Of a stretch of DNA of 64,000 bases, positions 1 to 9,141 are shown in pieces. The notes beneath the pieces were generated by a model, which searched no databases, had not been told where the DNA came from, and saw only the letters and a list, made by a program, of their open reading frames with translations. Location: NCBI GenBank assembly GCA_964615955.1, contig CAZTUG010000003.1:1226-65225 (forward strand). Reading direction: 5' to 3'. Made by a program: the position numbers and the translations under genes. The DNA comes from an uncultured Roseicyclus sp. (GTDB taxonomy: Bacteria; Pseudomonadota; Alphaproteobacteria; Rhodobacterales; Rhodobacteraceae). Each line of letters opens with the position of its first letter. Position 1 is the first letter of the stretch.

Positions 1-538
1 TCATCGGATCGACGTAGTCGAACTTCGGCGGCAGCCATTCGCAGCCGAGGTAGGCGTCCGGGTTCCGGTCGAAGTCCCGCGCGGGCAGATCGCCGGTCAG
101 CACCGCCAGCCGCACGAACCGCTCCCAGACCGGGCGGCAGAACAGATGCACCACCACGTTGTGCTGCAGCTGCTCGACCCGGCGGCGGAACTCGATCAGC
201 CCGGCGCGGATCGAGGAATAGGTGACGCCTTCCAAGTCGCCCGAGACCAGCTCGTAGGGCAGGCCGAGCCCCGCCGCGACGGCGCGGAGATGGTTCTTCA
301 CGAAGGGCGCGTAGGCGTCGTGCTCCGTCGGGTTCGAGAAGCGGATGTCGGTGCCGGGTGGGAGCGGGATCAGGCTTCCAGGCTCCATGCCAACGGTCAG
401 CGCGCCGCCGGTGTTGATGCCGCTCAGCCCAGCCCCCCCGTATTCGGATCGCGACCAGGAGGAACCATGGGAGGGGGCGCCGCACATGGCCGAGAGTCGT
501 CGGTCAAGCTGTTGGGAGGGTTTATCCAAAGCGTCCAT
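1..538 (-). pseudogene. phage portal protein (lambda gpB family), N-terminally truncated fragment running off the left edge
   Basis: Absent from the ORF track because it has no stop in the window. Manual minus-strand translation (ATG at 538, in-frame TGA at 541-539) gives ...GMEPGSLIPLPPGTDIRFSNPTEHDAYAPFVKNHLRAVAAGLGLPYELVSGDLEGVTYSSIRAGLIEFRRRVEQLQHNVVVHLFCRPVWERFVRLAVLTGDLPARDFDRNPDAYLGCEWLPPKFDYVDPM-. The YSSxR..L.EFRR and W.PP....DP motifs are typical of the C-terminal half of lambda-type portals. Only about 150 bp separate it from the next gene, so the N-terminal half is missing. Confidence 0.55.
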
Positions 539-687
539 TCAAATTCAGTGCAACACATGTCTACATGGTTCTGCACGAAGCTGTAAAAGATCGCGTCGTC
601 GCAGAGCGCTAGCAGGTTCGGAAACGCTGGTCTTGATCGATATTTCTGCGCATTCCCTTCCGTCTAAGAACTCGACTTCGCCGGCGT

Positions 688-1353
688 TCATTTCATTTGC
701 GACAGATAACTCTCGCGCGTCTGAAGGATGTGGTGGCGCAGGATGTCCAACGCATGCGGGGCGTCTCGATCAGCAATCGCTTTGATCAGGGCCTGATGTT
801 CGCCCATCGTGCGATCATTATTCTTGGCTGCGGCCGATAATCGCGTGCGCAACGCCTGAACCCGAAACTCGATTGCAGAATGCGCATCTCGCAAGAATGC
901 GTTGCCGCAATGGGTTATGATGCCGCGATGCAGCGCTGCATCCAGCCGCCTATAACGCGCAAGATCCGCATTTTCGATTGCCTCGGCCATCTCGCTAACA
1001 ATCGGCTCCAGATGATCGACCAATTTACCCCACGCTTCGGCCATCGCGCGCTCAAGCGCCGCAGTCTCCAGAACCAACCGGAAGTCGCTGAGTTCACGCA
1101 CCAGTTCAGGGCTCGCCTCGAAAACAAACGTGCCGCGTTTTGGGAATATCTGTACCAGTCCCTCGCGCTTGAGTTCCTGAAGCGCTTCGCGCACTGGGGT
1201 TTTGGACACTTGCAAGGACGCGGCAAGTGAAGTCTCGGAGATCGCCTCGCCGAGCGCCAATGTACCATCAACTATCCGCGCCCTGATCTGTTCAAGTGCC
1301 CGTTGGGATAGCTTGGCTGCCGGTCGAGTCAGCGTTTCAATTTTACCTTGCAT
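688..1353 (-). CDS. GntR family transcriptional regulator (FadR/FCD subfamily)
   Basis: 221-aa ORF. N-terminal winged-helix motif ISETSLAASLQVSKTPVREALQELKREGLV plus a helical FCD-type C-terminal domain. Divergent from the TRAP operon. Confidence 0.9.
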   Translation of the reverse strand: MQGKIETLTRPAAKLSQRALEQIRARIVDGTLALGEAISETSLAASLQVSKTPVREALQELKREGLVQIFPKRGTFVFEASPELVRELSDFRLVLETAALERAMAEAWGKLVDHLEPIVSEMAEAIENADLARYRRLDAALHRGIITHCGNAFLRDAHSAIEFRVQALRTRLSAAAKNNDRTMGEHQALIKAIADRDAPHALDILRHHILQTRESYLSQMK

Positions 1354-1363
1354 GCCAGATACT

Positions 1364-1414
1364 CTTCTTATATGCCAATTTCTGTCCTAGTATATAAGAA
1401 GGCTAGTCACCTTC
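1364..1414. promoter_or_regulatory. candidate GntR operator(s) in the divergent intergenic region
   Basis: Perfect 10-bp inverted repeat CTTCTTATAT-N18-ATATAAGAAG (1364-1373 / 1392-1401), followed by GAAGG-N7-CCTTC (1398-1414). It lies in an AT-rich island between the GntR and dctP starts. Confidence 0.35.
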
Positions 1415-1473
1415 TAGTCGGGATGCAAGTCTACAAGCCGCATGCAGGCGGTTTTGACCGGGAGGAGAAAGTG

Positions 1474-2466
1474 ATGAACAGACGGAATATCCTGAAGGCA
1501 GGCGTTGCCCTGGGCGCAGCATACGCAACGGGCTTTGCCGGTGCGGCTCTGGCCCAATCTTCACAGCGGCTGCGCGTGGCCAATTTCTATGCCACTGAGC
1601 ATTCGATGAACCGCGCCCTGCGCGACGTCTTTGTGCCGCGGCTTGAGGCGCTCAGCGACAGCGCCCTGACCGCATCTATCCACGACAATTCCAGTCTTGG
1701 CGCCGAGGGCGAGTTGACCGAGGGGCTGCGCTTGGGCACGATCGAGATGGGGATTACCGGCGGGTTGCTATCGGCTTCGCGTCCGCGGCTGGCGGTGCTG
1801 GAACTGCCATTCCTGTTTCGGGATTTCGACCATGCTTGGGCCGTGTTTGACAGCGATATCGGCGATGATCTGGCCACAGAGTTCGAGGCTGAGGGGATCA
1901 AGGTGCTGGCCTGGGTCGGCAATGGCTTCCGCGCCATATCGAACTCGGTTCGTCCGCTCAATTCGGTGGATGACATGGCCGGGCTGCGCCTGAGGATGCC
2001 CGAAAACCGTGTCTATATCGAGACCGGGCGCGCGCTGGGGTTCAATGTCGTGACCATGCCCTTCAGCGAGATATTCAACGCGCTAAGTCAGGGTGTCGTT
2101 GATGCGCAAGACAATCCGCCACCCACGGTTCTGGCGAGCCGCTGGTTCGAGGTGCAGGACCATCTGGCGATTACCAACCATATCTTCAGCTATGGCGCGA
2201 TCTCGGTAAACAAGTCGCTATACGACCAGATGCCAGCGGATCAGCAAGCAGCGTTGCAGGAAGCTGCCACCGAATTTGCCATCGCCCAGCGTCAAATGCT
2301 GGAAGCCGATTCGGATGCAGTCGTGGCCGAGCTGGAGGGTCATGGGATGCAGATCACCCGTCCCGACATCGCCGAGCTTCAAGCCGCAACCGAAAACGTG
2401 CGCAACAGCATCGCGGCAGATGTGCCCGGCGGCGTCGAGCTTCTGGAGCGCATTGCAGCGCTCTGA
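1474..2466 (+). CDS. dctP: TRAP transporter substrate-binding protein (DctP family)
   Basis: In-frame ATG at 1474, preceded by GGGAGGAG. The N-terminus MNRRNILKAGVALGAAYATGFAGAALAQ is a Tat/Sec-like signal. The body is DctP-like (ELPFLFRD, GFRAISN). The track ORF 1348.. is over-extended. Confidence 0.9.
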   Translation: MNRRNILKAGVALGAAYATGFAGAALAQSSQRLRVANFYATEHSMNRALRDVFVPRLEALSDSALTASIHDNSSLGAEGELTEGLRLGTIEMGITGGLLSASRPRLAVLELPFLFRDFDHAWAVFDSDIGDDLATEFEAEGIKVLAWVGNGFRAISNSVRPLNSVDDMAGLRLRMPENRVYIETGRALGFNVVTMPFSEIFNALSQGVVDAQDNPPPTVLASRWFEVQDHLAITNHIFSYGAISVNKSLYDQMPADQQAALQEAATEFAIAQRQMLEADSDAVVAELEGHGMQITRPDIAELQAATENVRNSIAADVPGGVELLERIAAL

Positions 2467-2523
2467 GGATATGCTGGCCGCGCCGCGAACTTTTGGCGCG
2501 GCCAGAAACACAAGGGGGCTCGA

Positions 2524-2997
2524 ATGACTGCGTTTCTGCGGATGCGTTGGCTTGAGCCGGTACTGGCGGCAATTCTGGCAGTGCTGGTCACAATGGTTCT
2601 GGCAAATGTGATCGGTCGATACCTGCTGGGTGCCGGAATCACATGGACTGATGAAATGGCGCGGTTCCTGTTCGTTTGGCTGACTTTCCTGGGCGCCGTT
2701 CTGGGGCTGGCGCGCGGGGCGCATATCGGCATGGACATAGTAGTTTCTGCGTTGCCGGCACTTCCGGCACGCGCTCTGCGACTTTTCGCACTTGCGCTGA
2801 TGGTCGTCTTTCTCGCTGCCTGGGCCTGGTATGCGCTGGAGCTGGTCCAGCGCTCGATGACCTTTCGTACTCCGGCGCTGGGGGTGCCGCGAGGCTATGT
2901 CTATTCGGTAGCTCCAGCTTCGGCATTTCTGATGCTGTTGGTCTGCCTTCGCCAGTTCTGGCGTGTGCTGCACGGGCGGGAGCCATATGATGCTTAG
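2524..2997 (+). CDS. dctQ: TRAP transporter small permease (DctQ family)
   Basis: 157-aa hydrophobic 4-TM protein positioned between dctP and dctM. Contains the WTDEMARFLFVWLTFLGA motif. Confidence 0.85.
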   Translation: MTAFLRMRWLEPVLAAILAVLVTMVLANVIGRYLLGAGITWTDEMARFLFVWLTFLGAVLGLARGAHIGMDIVVSALPALPARALRLFALALMVVFLAAWAWYALELVQRSMTFRTPALGVPRGYVYSVAPASAFLMLLVCLRQFWRVLHGREPYDA

Positions 2998-4264
2998 TGC
3001 CTTTCTGGTCGTGCTGCTACTCATGCTGACGACCGGCATGCCGGTGGCCTTCGCGCTGGGCCTGACATTCCTTGTTCTGGTGTGGTGGCTGACCGAGTTG
3101 CCACTGATCCTGCTCGCGCAGCAGATCATGGTCGGCGCGGATAATTACAGTCTTGTCGCCATCCCCTTCTTCATGCTGGCGGCTGAAATCATGTCCGCGG
3201 GCGGTATCACCCGTCGGATCATCGCAGCGCTGATGGCGCTGATCGGCTGGGTACGTGGTGGGCTTGCCATGGCCAATGTCGGCGCAAGTGCTGCGATGGC
3301 GTCGTTTTCGGGTTCTGCAGTGGCCGATGCCTCGATGGTCGGCTCAGTAATGATCCCTTCGATGAAAGACCGTGGTTATCCGGCCGCCACAGCGGCGGCA
3401 GTGACGGCCAGTTCGTCGGTGCTAGGCGTCATAATCCCGCCCTCGATCCCGATGATCGTGTTGGGCTTCATCACCGGTACTTCGGTGCTGGACATGTTCC
3501 TCGGTGGGGTGCTGCCAGGGTTGCTGATTGCTGCTTCACTGATCACGGCGGCCTGGTGGGTGTGTCGCCGTCAGGGTGTACCCGCCGACGAGCGGCTGGG
3601 CGGCAGTGCCATCCGTGCGGCGCTGCGGGATGCGCTTTGGGCGCTTGGGCTTCCGGTGATCGTGGTAGGCGGCATCCGGTTCGGGGTTTTCACCGTAGTC
3701 GAATCTTCAGTCATTGCGGTGGCCTATGCGCTGATCGTCTCCGCCTTGATCTACCGCGAGCTGACTCCGCGCAGCCTGTACCGCGCTGCGGTGAATGCCG
3801 CGACAACCTCGGCGGTGGTGATGCTGATTGTCGCAGCGGCAACTGGTTCGGCATGGTTGATGGCATCAGAGCAGGTGCCCCAGACAATCGCCGCGCAGAT
3901 GACTCTTCTGACGGACAGTCCTGTGGTATTCCTACTGATCGCCGTGGCTTTTCTGCTGGTGGTGGGCATGGTCATCGACCTGACCCCTGCGCTTCTGATC
4001 CTGGGGCCGATCCTGATGCCCGTCGCAATGGGTTTCGGGATTTCGCCCGTACATTTCGCCGTGGTGATGGTCGTATCGCTCGCCTTTGGGCTGGTTACGC
4101 CGCCGGTGGGCACTTGCCTTTACATCACCGCAAGCATCGCGCGCACTTCGGCCATTTCGGTGGTTCATGCAGTGCTGCCGTTCCTGTGCGTCATGCTCCT
4201 CACACTGTTGATCATCGTGCTGGTACCGGGCCTGTCCACGTGGCTGCCAGCGACCCTGAGGTGA
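2987..4264 (+). CDS. dctM: TRAP transporter large permease (DctM family)
   Basis: Start MMLSAFLVVLLL overlaps the dctQ stop. About 425-aa polytopic membrane protein with a typical DctM sequence (GGITRRII, MGFGISPVHFAVVMV). Confidence 0.9.
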   Translation: MMLSAFLVVLLLMLTTGMPVAFALGLTFLVLVWWLTELPLILLAQQIMVGADNYSLVAIPFFMLAAEIMSAGGITRRIIAALMALIGWVRGGLAMANVGASAAMASFSGSAVADASMVGSVMIPSMKDRGYPAATAAAVTASSSVLGVIIPPSIPMIVLGFITGTSVLDMFLGGVLPGLLIAASLITAAWWVCRRQGVPADERLGGSAIRAALRDALWALGLPVIVVGGIRFGVFTVVESSVIAVAYALIVSALIYRELTPRSLYRAAVNAATTSAVVMLIVAAATGSAWLMASEQVPQTIAAQMTLLTDSPVVFLLIAVAFLLVVGMVIDLTPALLILGPILMPVAMGFGISPVHFAVVMVVSLAFGLVTPPVGTCLYITASIARTSAISVVHAVLPFLCVMLLTLLIIVLVPGLSTWLPATLR

Positions 4265-4269
4265 TACCC

Positions 4270-5397
4270 ATGTCCAACTCCGAAGCCCTCACCGAGACAG
4301 ATACGCGCCACTACATGGCAGAGACCCTGCATGCTCAGGTAGTGGCAGCGCTGACGGCTTGGGGATTTGCTGACCAGCATGCCGAGGCTTCGGCCGAGGT
4401 GATGATCGAGGCCGATCTGAACGGCATAGACTCGCACGGGCTGGCAATGCTGCTTTACTACGAGGGTTTGGTGCAGGCGGAGGCTCTGAACCCTGCACCG
4501 AGAGTCTCGCTGCTACGCGAAAGCGCGGCCACCGCATTGCTGGATGGCGACGGGGGGCTCGGTCACGGTGTCTCTCTACAGGCGATGGATCTCGCCTGCG
4601 ACAAAGCGCAGGCCGTGGGTGTCGGCGCGGTGGCTGTGCGCGGGTCGGATCATTTTGGAGCGGCTGGGGTCTATGCGGCGCGGGCAGCACGGCGAGGAAT
4701 GGTCAGTCTGATCACGTCGAATGGTTTCACACGCTGCGTTGTGCCTGCCGGTGGTGCGCGGCCGATGTTTTCCACAAATCCCATTGCCTTTGGAGCGCCG
4801 ACGCGCACGAACCCGCCAATGATGTTCGATATCGCCACGTCTACGGCATCTATCGGCAAGGTCAATCTGGCCTGGCTTGCAGGCAAGGAAATCCCTTCCG
4901 GCTGGGTCGTCGATGGCAGGGGCAAACCCGTGACCGATCCGGGTCAGGCACGGGTGATCATCTATGATACCGGCGAGGGCGGGCTGACGCCCTTGGGTGG
5001 CACACCTGAAATGAGCGCGCATAAAGGCTATGGCATCTGCACCATGATCGAGGTGCTCTCAGCACTCTTGTCCGGGGCAACCGCTGCACCGCTTCAGACC
5101 AACCGCGAAGCTGGCGCAGGGGGCACTGATACAGGGCACTTCTTTCTGGCGCTGAACCCGGATGCTTTTCGCCCGCTGGCAGATTTCCACACCGACATGG
5201 ACCGGCTGATTGAAGCGCTTCGTGCTACCCCGCCTGCCGATCCGAACCGGCCTGTCATGGTGCCAGGCGATATCGAATGGCGCACCTATTCGAAGCGAAG
5301 CGAAACCGGCATTCCACTGCCCGGCCGGTTGCGTGAGGAGTTGTGTGCCCTGTGCGAGCGGGCCGGGGCTGCGTTCCTGTTGGAGGCAGGAAAATGA
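4270..5397 (+). CDS. Ldh2 family malate/L-lactate/ureidoglycolate-type dehydrogenase
   Basis: ATG at 4270, 6 nt after the dctM stop. Motifs GIDSHGL, VRGSDHFGAAG, STNPIAFGAP and HKGYG are characteristic of the Ldh_2 family. The N-terminal part of track ORF 3556.. is an alternate frame of dctM. Confidence 0.85.
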   Translation: MSNSEALTETDTRHYMAETLHAQVVAALTAWGFADQHAEASAEVMIEADLNGIDSHGLAMLLYYEGLVQAEALNPAPRVSLLRESAATALLDGDGGLGHGVSLQAMDLACDKAQAVGVGAVAVRGSDHFGAAGVYAARAARRGMVSLITSNGFTRCVVPAGGARPMFSTNPIAFGAPTRTNPPMMFDIATSTASIGKVNLAWLAGKEIPSGWVVDGRGKPVTDPGQARVIIYDTGEGGLTPLGGTPEMSAHKGYGICTMIEVLSALLSGATAAPLQTNREAGAGGTDTGHFFLALNPDAFRPLADFHTDMDRLIEALRATPPADPNRPVMVPGDIEWRTYSKRSETGIPLPGRLREELCALCERAGAAFLLEAGK

Positions 5398-5424
5398 ACT
5401 TATGCTGAACTGAAAGGAAGCCAG

Positions 5425-6072
5425 ATGGACAAGATGCTGATCGAATCCTTCCGCCGTGTAGCCATCGCCTCGGTTGCCGATGCAGTCGAGAAAATCTGCG
5501 GTTCCCGCGGCTATCTTGGACCCGCGATCGCCCCGCGCACTTCTGAGCGCAAGATCGCGGGCCCGGCGGTGACAGTGCTGGAGGAGCCCGCAGAAGACGC
5601 CGGCCCGCCCACCCACGCACTTGAGCTGATTGATGCTGCCGATCCGGGCAGCGTGATGGTTATCGCGACCGGCGGCCATGCGGATGTTGCGGTCTGGGGT
5701 GGCTTGATGACGGCAGGTGCAGTTGCAAACGGGCTTGAGGCTGCAATTCTGGACGCGTGCTTGCGTGATGTCACCGAGATCAAGCGCGATTTCGGCTTTT
5801 CGGTCTTCGCCCGCGGGTCCTGCCCCGGCACGACTGTTGGTCGCGTCCGAACTGTGGCCAGCCAGGTTCCCGTCACTTTAGACGGTGTGACCGTTAATCC
5901 CGGAGATATCGTTGTGGGCGACACCGATGGCGTAGTCATCGTGCCTCAGGCGAAGGCCACAGAGGTTCTGGCTATGGCGCAGGAGATTGATGAACGCGAG
6001 ATGGAACAGGCGAAGCTAATCATCGACAGCGGTTCGCTTATTCAAGGCATCGCGAAATACGGGCGAATCTGA
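5425..6072 (+). CDS. RraA family protein (class II pyruvate aldolase / HMG-CHA aldolase-like)
   Basis: 215 aa. Motifs VADAVEK, GPAVTV, GGLMTAGAVANGLEAAILDACLRD and GDIVVGDTDGVVIVP are typical of the RraA/dimethylmenaquinone-methyltransferase-like fold. RBS AAAGGAAG upstream. Confidence 0.85.
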   Translation: MDKMLIESFRRVAIASVADAVEKICGSRGYLGPAIAPRTSERKIAGPAVTVLEEPAEDAGPPTHALELIDAADPGSVMVIATGGHADVAVWGGLMTAGAVANGLEAAILDACLRDVTEIKRDFGFSVFARGSCPGTTVGRVRTVASQVPVTLDGVTVNPGDIVVGDTDGVVIVPQAKATEVLAMAQEIDEREMEQAKLIIDSGSLIQGIAKYGRI

Positions 6073-6989
6073 TGACTGAACTTCTTTGCCTGGGCGAGCC
6101 GATGCTGGAGTTTAACCAGCAGCCGGACGGACATTTCCTGATGGGCCATGGCGGTGACACCTCGAACTGCGCCATTGCGGCCGCAAGGTCGGGCGCCTCA
6201 AGCGGGGTGGTTACTGCGCTGGGGCGGGATGCCTTCGGTGACAGTTTTGCTTCGCTTTGGGCCCAGAATGGCGTGGCCGCCGATCTGGTTAAGCGCCGCG
6301 GCGATGGGCATACGGGCGTGTATTTTGTGACCCACAGTGCGGATGGTCATGCGTTTTCCTATCTTCGCGCAGGGTCTGCGGCCAGTCGGATGGGTCCGGC
6401 TGACCTGCCGCTGGAAGCCATCCGCGCCGCGCGCTGCCTGCACTTGACTGGAATTACTCTGGCGATAAGCGATTCAAGTTGTGATGCCGGATTCGCTGCC
6501 ATCGAGGCCGCGCGGGAGAGCGGTGTCTCTGTTTCATTCGACACCAATCTGCGGCTGAAGCTCTGGCCTTTGGCCCGTGCTCGGGCATTGATCGGCGCAG
6601 CGATGGGAATGTGTGACATCGCCCTTCCAGGGCTTGACGATGCCCAACAACTCACTGGCCTGACCGAGCCGCAGGCGATCGTTGACCATTATCTTGCAGC
6701 AGGTGCCAGCATCGTTGCACTGACGCTTGGGGCCGAAGGCACACTTGTCGCCACGCCTGAGCGGACCGAACGGGTCGCAGCCTTCAGGGTCGTGGCTGTC
6801 GACGCGACGGCTGCCGGCGACACGTTTGACGGCGCTTTTCTGGCAGAATGGCTGCGTCAAGGAGACCCATTCGTCGCCGCCCGCTATGCCAATGCCGCCG
6901 CAGCGCTCAGCACGCAAGGGTACGGAGCGGTTGCACCTATGCCCGATCGCAAGGATGTAGAGACGTTTCTAGAAGGAGCAGCTCTGTGA
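6072..6989 (+). CDS. kdgK: PfkB family sugar kinase, 2-dehydro-3-deoxygluconokinase-like
   Basis: 305 aa. N-terminus LLCLGEPMLEF..GGDTSN and C-terminus DATAAGDTFDGAF (PfkB signature). TGATG overlap with the upstream gene. Confidence 0.8.
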   Translation: MTELLCLGEPMLEFNQQPDGHFLMGHGGDTSNCAIAAARSGASSGVVTALGRDAFGDSFASLWAQNGVAADLVKRRGDGHTGVYFVTHSADGHAFSYLRAGSAASRMGPADLPLEAIRAARCLHLTGITLAISDSSCDAGFAAIEAARESGVSVSFDTNLRLKLWPLARARALIGAAMGMCDIALPGLDDAQQLTGLTEPQAIVDHYLAAGASIVALTLGAEGTLVATPERTERVAAFRVVAVDATAAGDTFDGAFLAEWLRQGDPFVAARYANAAAALSTQGYGAVAPMPDRKDVETFLEGAAL

Positions 6990-6991
6990 TC

Positions 6992-7696
6992 ATGCCCCGC
7001 AAAGCGCTCGTTACTGGCGGCACCGGTGGCATTGGTCGAGGCACAGTCGAAGCGCTTCTGGCTGAGGGTTGGGAGGTCTTGGCGACTGGCGCTACCGAGG
7101 CAGAGGTAGCAGGCTTGACGCCCAGCTCGGGCCTACAAACTGTGGTCCTCGACGTAACCGACGAGGCGCAGGTTGCCAATTGCATCGCCGGACTTGACCG
7201 ACTGGATGCGCTTGTCAATGCGGCAGGGATTTTGCGCCGAGGGGACGAGCACCGGATCGAAGTCTTCGAACGGGTTGTTGCCGTCAATCTGACTGGAACC
7301 ATGCGGATGTGCCTTGCCTGTCATCCATTGCTTAAGGCTAGCGGTGGGGCAGTGGTCAACATCGCCTCTATGCTGTCGTATTTCGGTGGGGCGCTGGTGC
7401 CTGCTTATTCGGCATCAAAGGGTGGCGTGGTGCAATTGACGAAGTCGCTTGCAGCAGCATGGGCCTCAGACGGCATTCGAGTCAACGCTGTTGCTCCGGG
7501 CTGGATAGAGACAGAAATGACTGCCCCGCTGCGGGCTGACCCGATGCGTAATGATGCAATCCTGTCCCGTACCCCGATGGGCCGCTGGGGGCAGCCGGCT
7601 GAGGTGGGCGCAGTGATCTCGCTACTTCTGTCCCCCGGCGCAGGATTTGTGACCGGGACGACCCTGCCGGTAGATGGCGGATACGCTGCCGTCTGA
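6992..7696 (+). CDS. SDR family oxidoreductase
   Basis: ATG at 6992, after AGGAG. Motifs TGGTGGIGRG (Rossmann), YSASKGG (catalytic YxxxK) and PGWIETEM. Track ORF 6848.. is over-extended into kdgK. Confidence 0.85.
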   Translation: MPRKALVTGGTGGIGRGTVEALLAEGWEVLATGATEAEVAGLTPSSGLQTVVLDVTDEAQVANCIAGLDRLDALVNAAGILRRGDEHRIEVFERVVAVNLTGTMRMCLACHPLLKASGGAVVNIASMLSYFGGALVPAYSASKGGVVQLTKSLAAAWASDGIRVNAVAPGWIETEMTAPLRADPMRNDAILSRTPMGRWGQPAEVGAVISLLLSPGAGFVTGTTLPVDGGYAAV

Positions 7697-7719
7697 CCCC
7701 AAACCAGAGTGGAGGACTG

Positions 7720-8241
7720 ATGCCTGACATAACCGATACAACCCGGATGCCTTATCAGCTTCCGTTTCCCAGCGATGCGTTACCCGAAATCGTGATCCCC
7801 CAAGCAATTCCCGAGGATGAGCGCATCTGGGTGCCACAGGCCGAAAATGTCTGGTTCCGTCCCTTGTGCCTGAACCGTTCGCAGGGCTACTGGGTCAACC
7901 TGCTAAGAGTACGCCGGGCGGGGGTATTGTCACGCCACCGCCACCCGCAACCTGTTCATGGCTTCGTTCTTAAGGGGCGCTGGCACTATCTGGAGCATGA
8001 ATGGATCGCCGACGAGGGCGGCTATGTCTTCGAAGCACCGGGCGAGACCCATACCCTGGTCGTTCCTGAGGATGTGGACGAGATGATCACGCTATTCCAG
8101 GTCAATGGAGTGATGTGCTATGTGGACCCATGGGGCAAGGTCGCAGGCTATGAAGACGTTTTCACCAAGATCGACCTGTGCCGGAAACACTACGCGGACG
8201 TTGGCTTGGGAGCGGAGTTTGTGGAAAGTTTTATTCGTTAG
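7720..8241 (+). CDS. cupin protein, 2,4'-dihydroxyacetophenone dioxygenase family-like
   Basis: 173 aa with RBS GGAGGA. Cupin His cluster SRHRHPQPVHGFVLKGRWHY..EAPGETHTL. The overall sequence resembles the DAD dioxygenase family. Confidence 0.75.
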   Translation: MPDITDTTRMPYQLPFPSDALPEIVIPQAIPEDERIWVPQAENVWFRPLCLNRSQGYWVNLLRVRRAGVLSRHRHPQPVHGFVLKGRWHYLEHEWIADEGGYVFEAPGETHTLVVPEDVDEMITLFQVNGVMCYVDPWGKVAGYEDVFTKIDLCRKHYADVGLGAEFVESFIR

Positions 8242-8418
8242 CCTCGTCGATTTCGTAGAGGAGCCTTGTCGCCTACAGCGTAGCGAAGAATTGCGTTTAA
8301 CTTTCAAATGACTGTTTTGCGATGGACCCCAGCAGCCATCTACCACGGGCTGTTTACGCGTATGCTGCAGATGCAGTGCCGGGACCTCACAGATGGCTTT
8401 CTGCCCATCGCATCGGTT

Positions 8419-8781
8419 TCACACGGCTTCGCCCCACGGTCGCACCCTCGGCATCACCCCCGTCACCTCAACCTCGCGCAACATGCGAGCGGATACCAAC
8501 CCGTCGCGCACCCAATCGAGCGCCTGCCACCAGTCGTCATAACCCCGATGGGCGGCCTCGATCTGCTGCGGATGGGGTCGCAGGGTCACCGGACAGGCCG
8601 GAACCTCGACCGTGCGCCACTTGCCGCGTGAGAGCACGCGCTCGGTGCCCACGACGATGGTGGCGGCGCGCTCGCCATGCTGGTTGCGCCTGGTGTCAAC
8701 CGGGACGACGCGCGGCACCGCACCGGGCATCCAGTCCGGCGTCAGCCCAGCGCGCGCGAGTTCGGCGACACGGATCGCCAT
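8419..8781 (-). CDS. hypothetical protein or gene fragment (possibly mobile-element derived)
   Basis: Protein-like part of track ORF 8419..9027, read from its internal Met: MAIRVAELARAGLTPDW...RGKWRTVEVPACPVTL...YDDWWQALDWVRDGL. I recognise no family. The upstream part of the ORF is antisense to the integrase remnant. Confidence 0.25.
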   Translation of the reverse strand: MAIRVAELARAGLTPDWMPGAVPRVVPVDTRRNQHGERAATIVVGTERVLSRGKWRTVEVPACPVTLRPHPQQIEAAHRGYDDWWQALDWVRDGLVSARMLREVEVTGVMPRVRPWGEAV

Positions 8782-8826
8782 GCGCTTGCCGCCAAGGCTA
8801 TCGGGCAGGCCTGCGACAGTGGCAGC

Positions 8827-9009
8827 GATCACTTCTGCATCCTCATGGGTGTGTCGCTCTGGATCGAGCAGGGCTTCTCGATCAAGGAGATTATGACCTT
8901 CGCTGGCCACTCCTCGATCCAGATGACCATGGAACGCTACGGCCACCTGTTCCCTTCGCCCGACCACCAGAAGGCCATGGCCATGGTCGAGGCGAAGCTG
9001 CTGGGATAA
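8827..9009 (+). pseudogene. tyrosine recombinase/phage integrase, C-terminal ~60-aa remnant
   Basis: The C-terminus of track ORF 8677..9009 reads ..LWIEQGFSIKEIMTFAGHSSIQMTMERYGHLFPSPDHQ... This is the conserved His-II (GHSS) and catalytic Tyr (RYGHL) box of tyrosine recombinases. The upstream Arg-I/His-Arg boxes are absent. Confidence 0.7.
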
Positions 9010-9141
9010 CAAGTATTTGCGCCTCATACAGGATTCCCAATGGTGAGCATATGCGCCTTGCTTGGGTCATGTTGCGCTTTGCCACGGACATTCACCGTGG
9101 CAAAAACGAATGTTGCCGCGAATAGCCAAATGCGGGCAGTT

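Noticed and set aside
8308-9125. Plus-strand ORFs 8308..8631, 8322..9125 and 8612..8896 as candidates for the missing N-terminal part of the integrase
   Set aside because: They are Arg/Pro/Ser-rich with no integrase Arg-I or His-Arg box motifs. Only the last ~60 codons of frame 8677..9009 are integrase-like.
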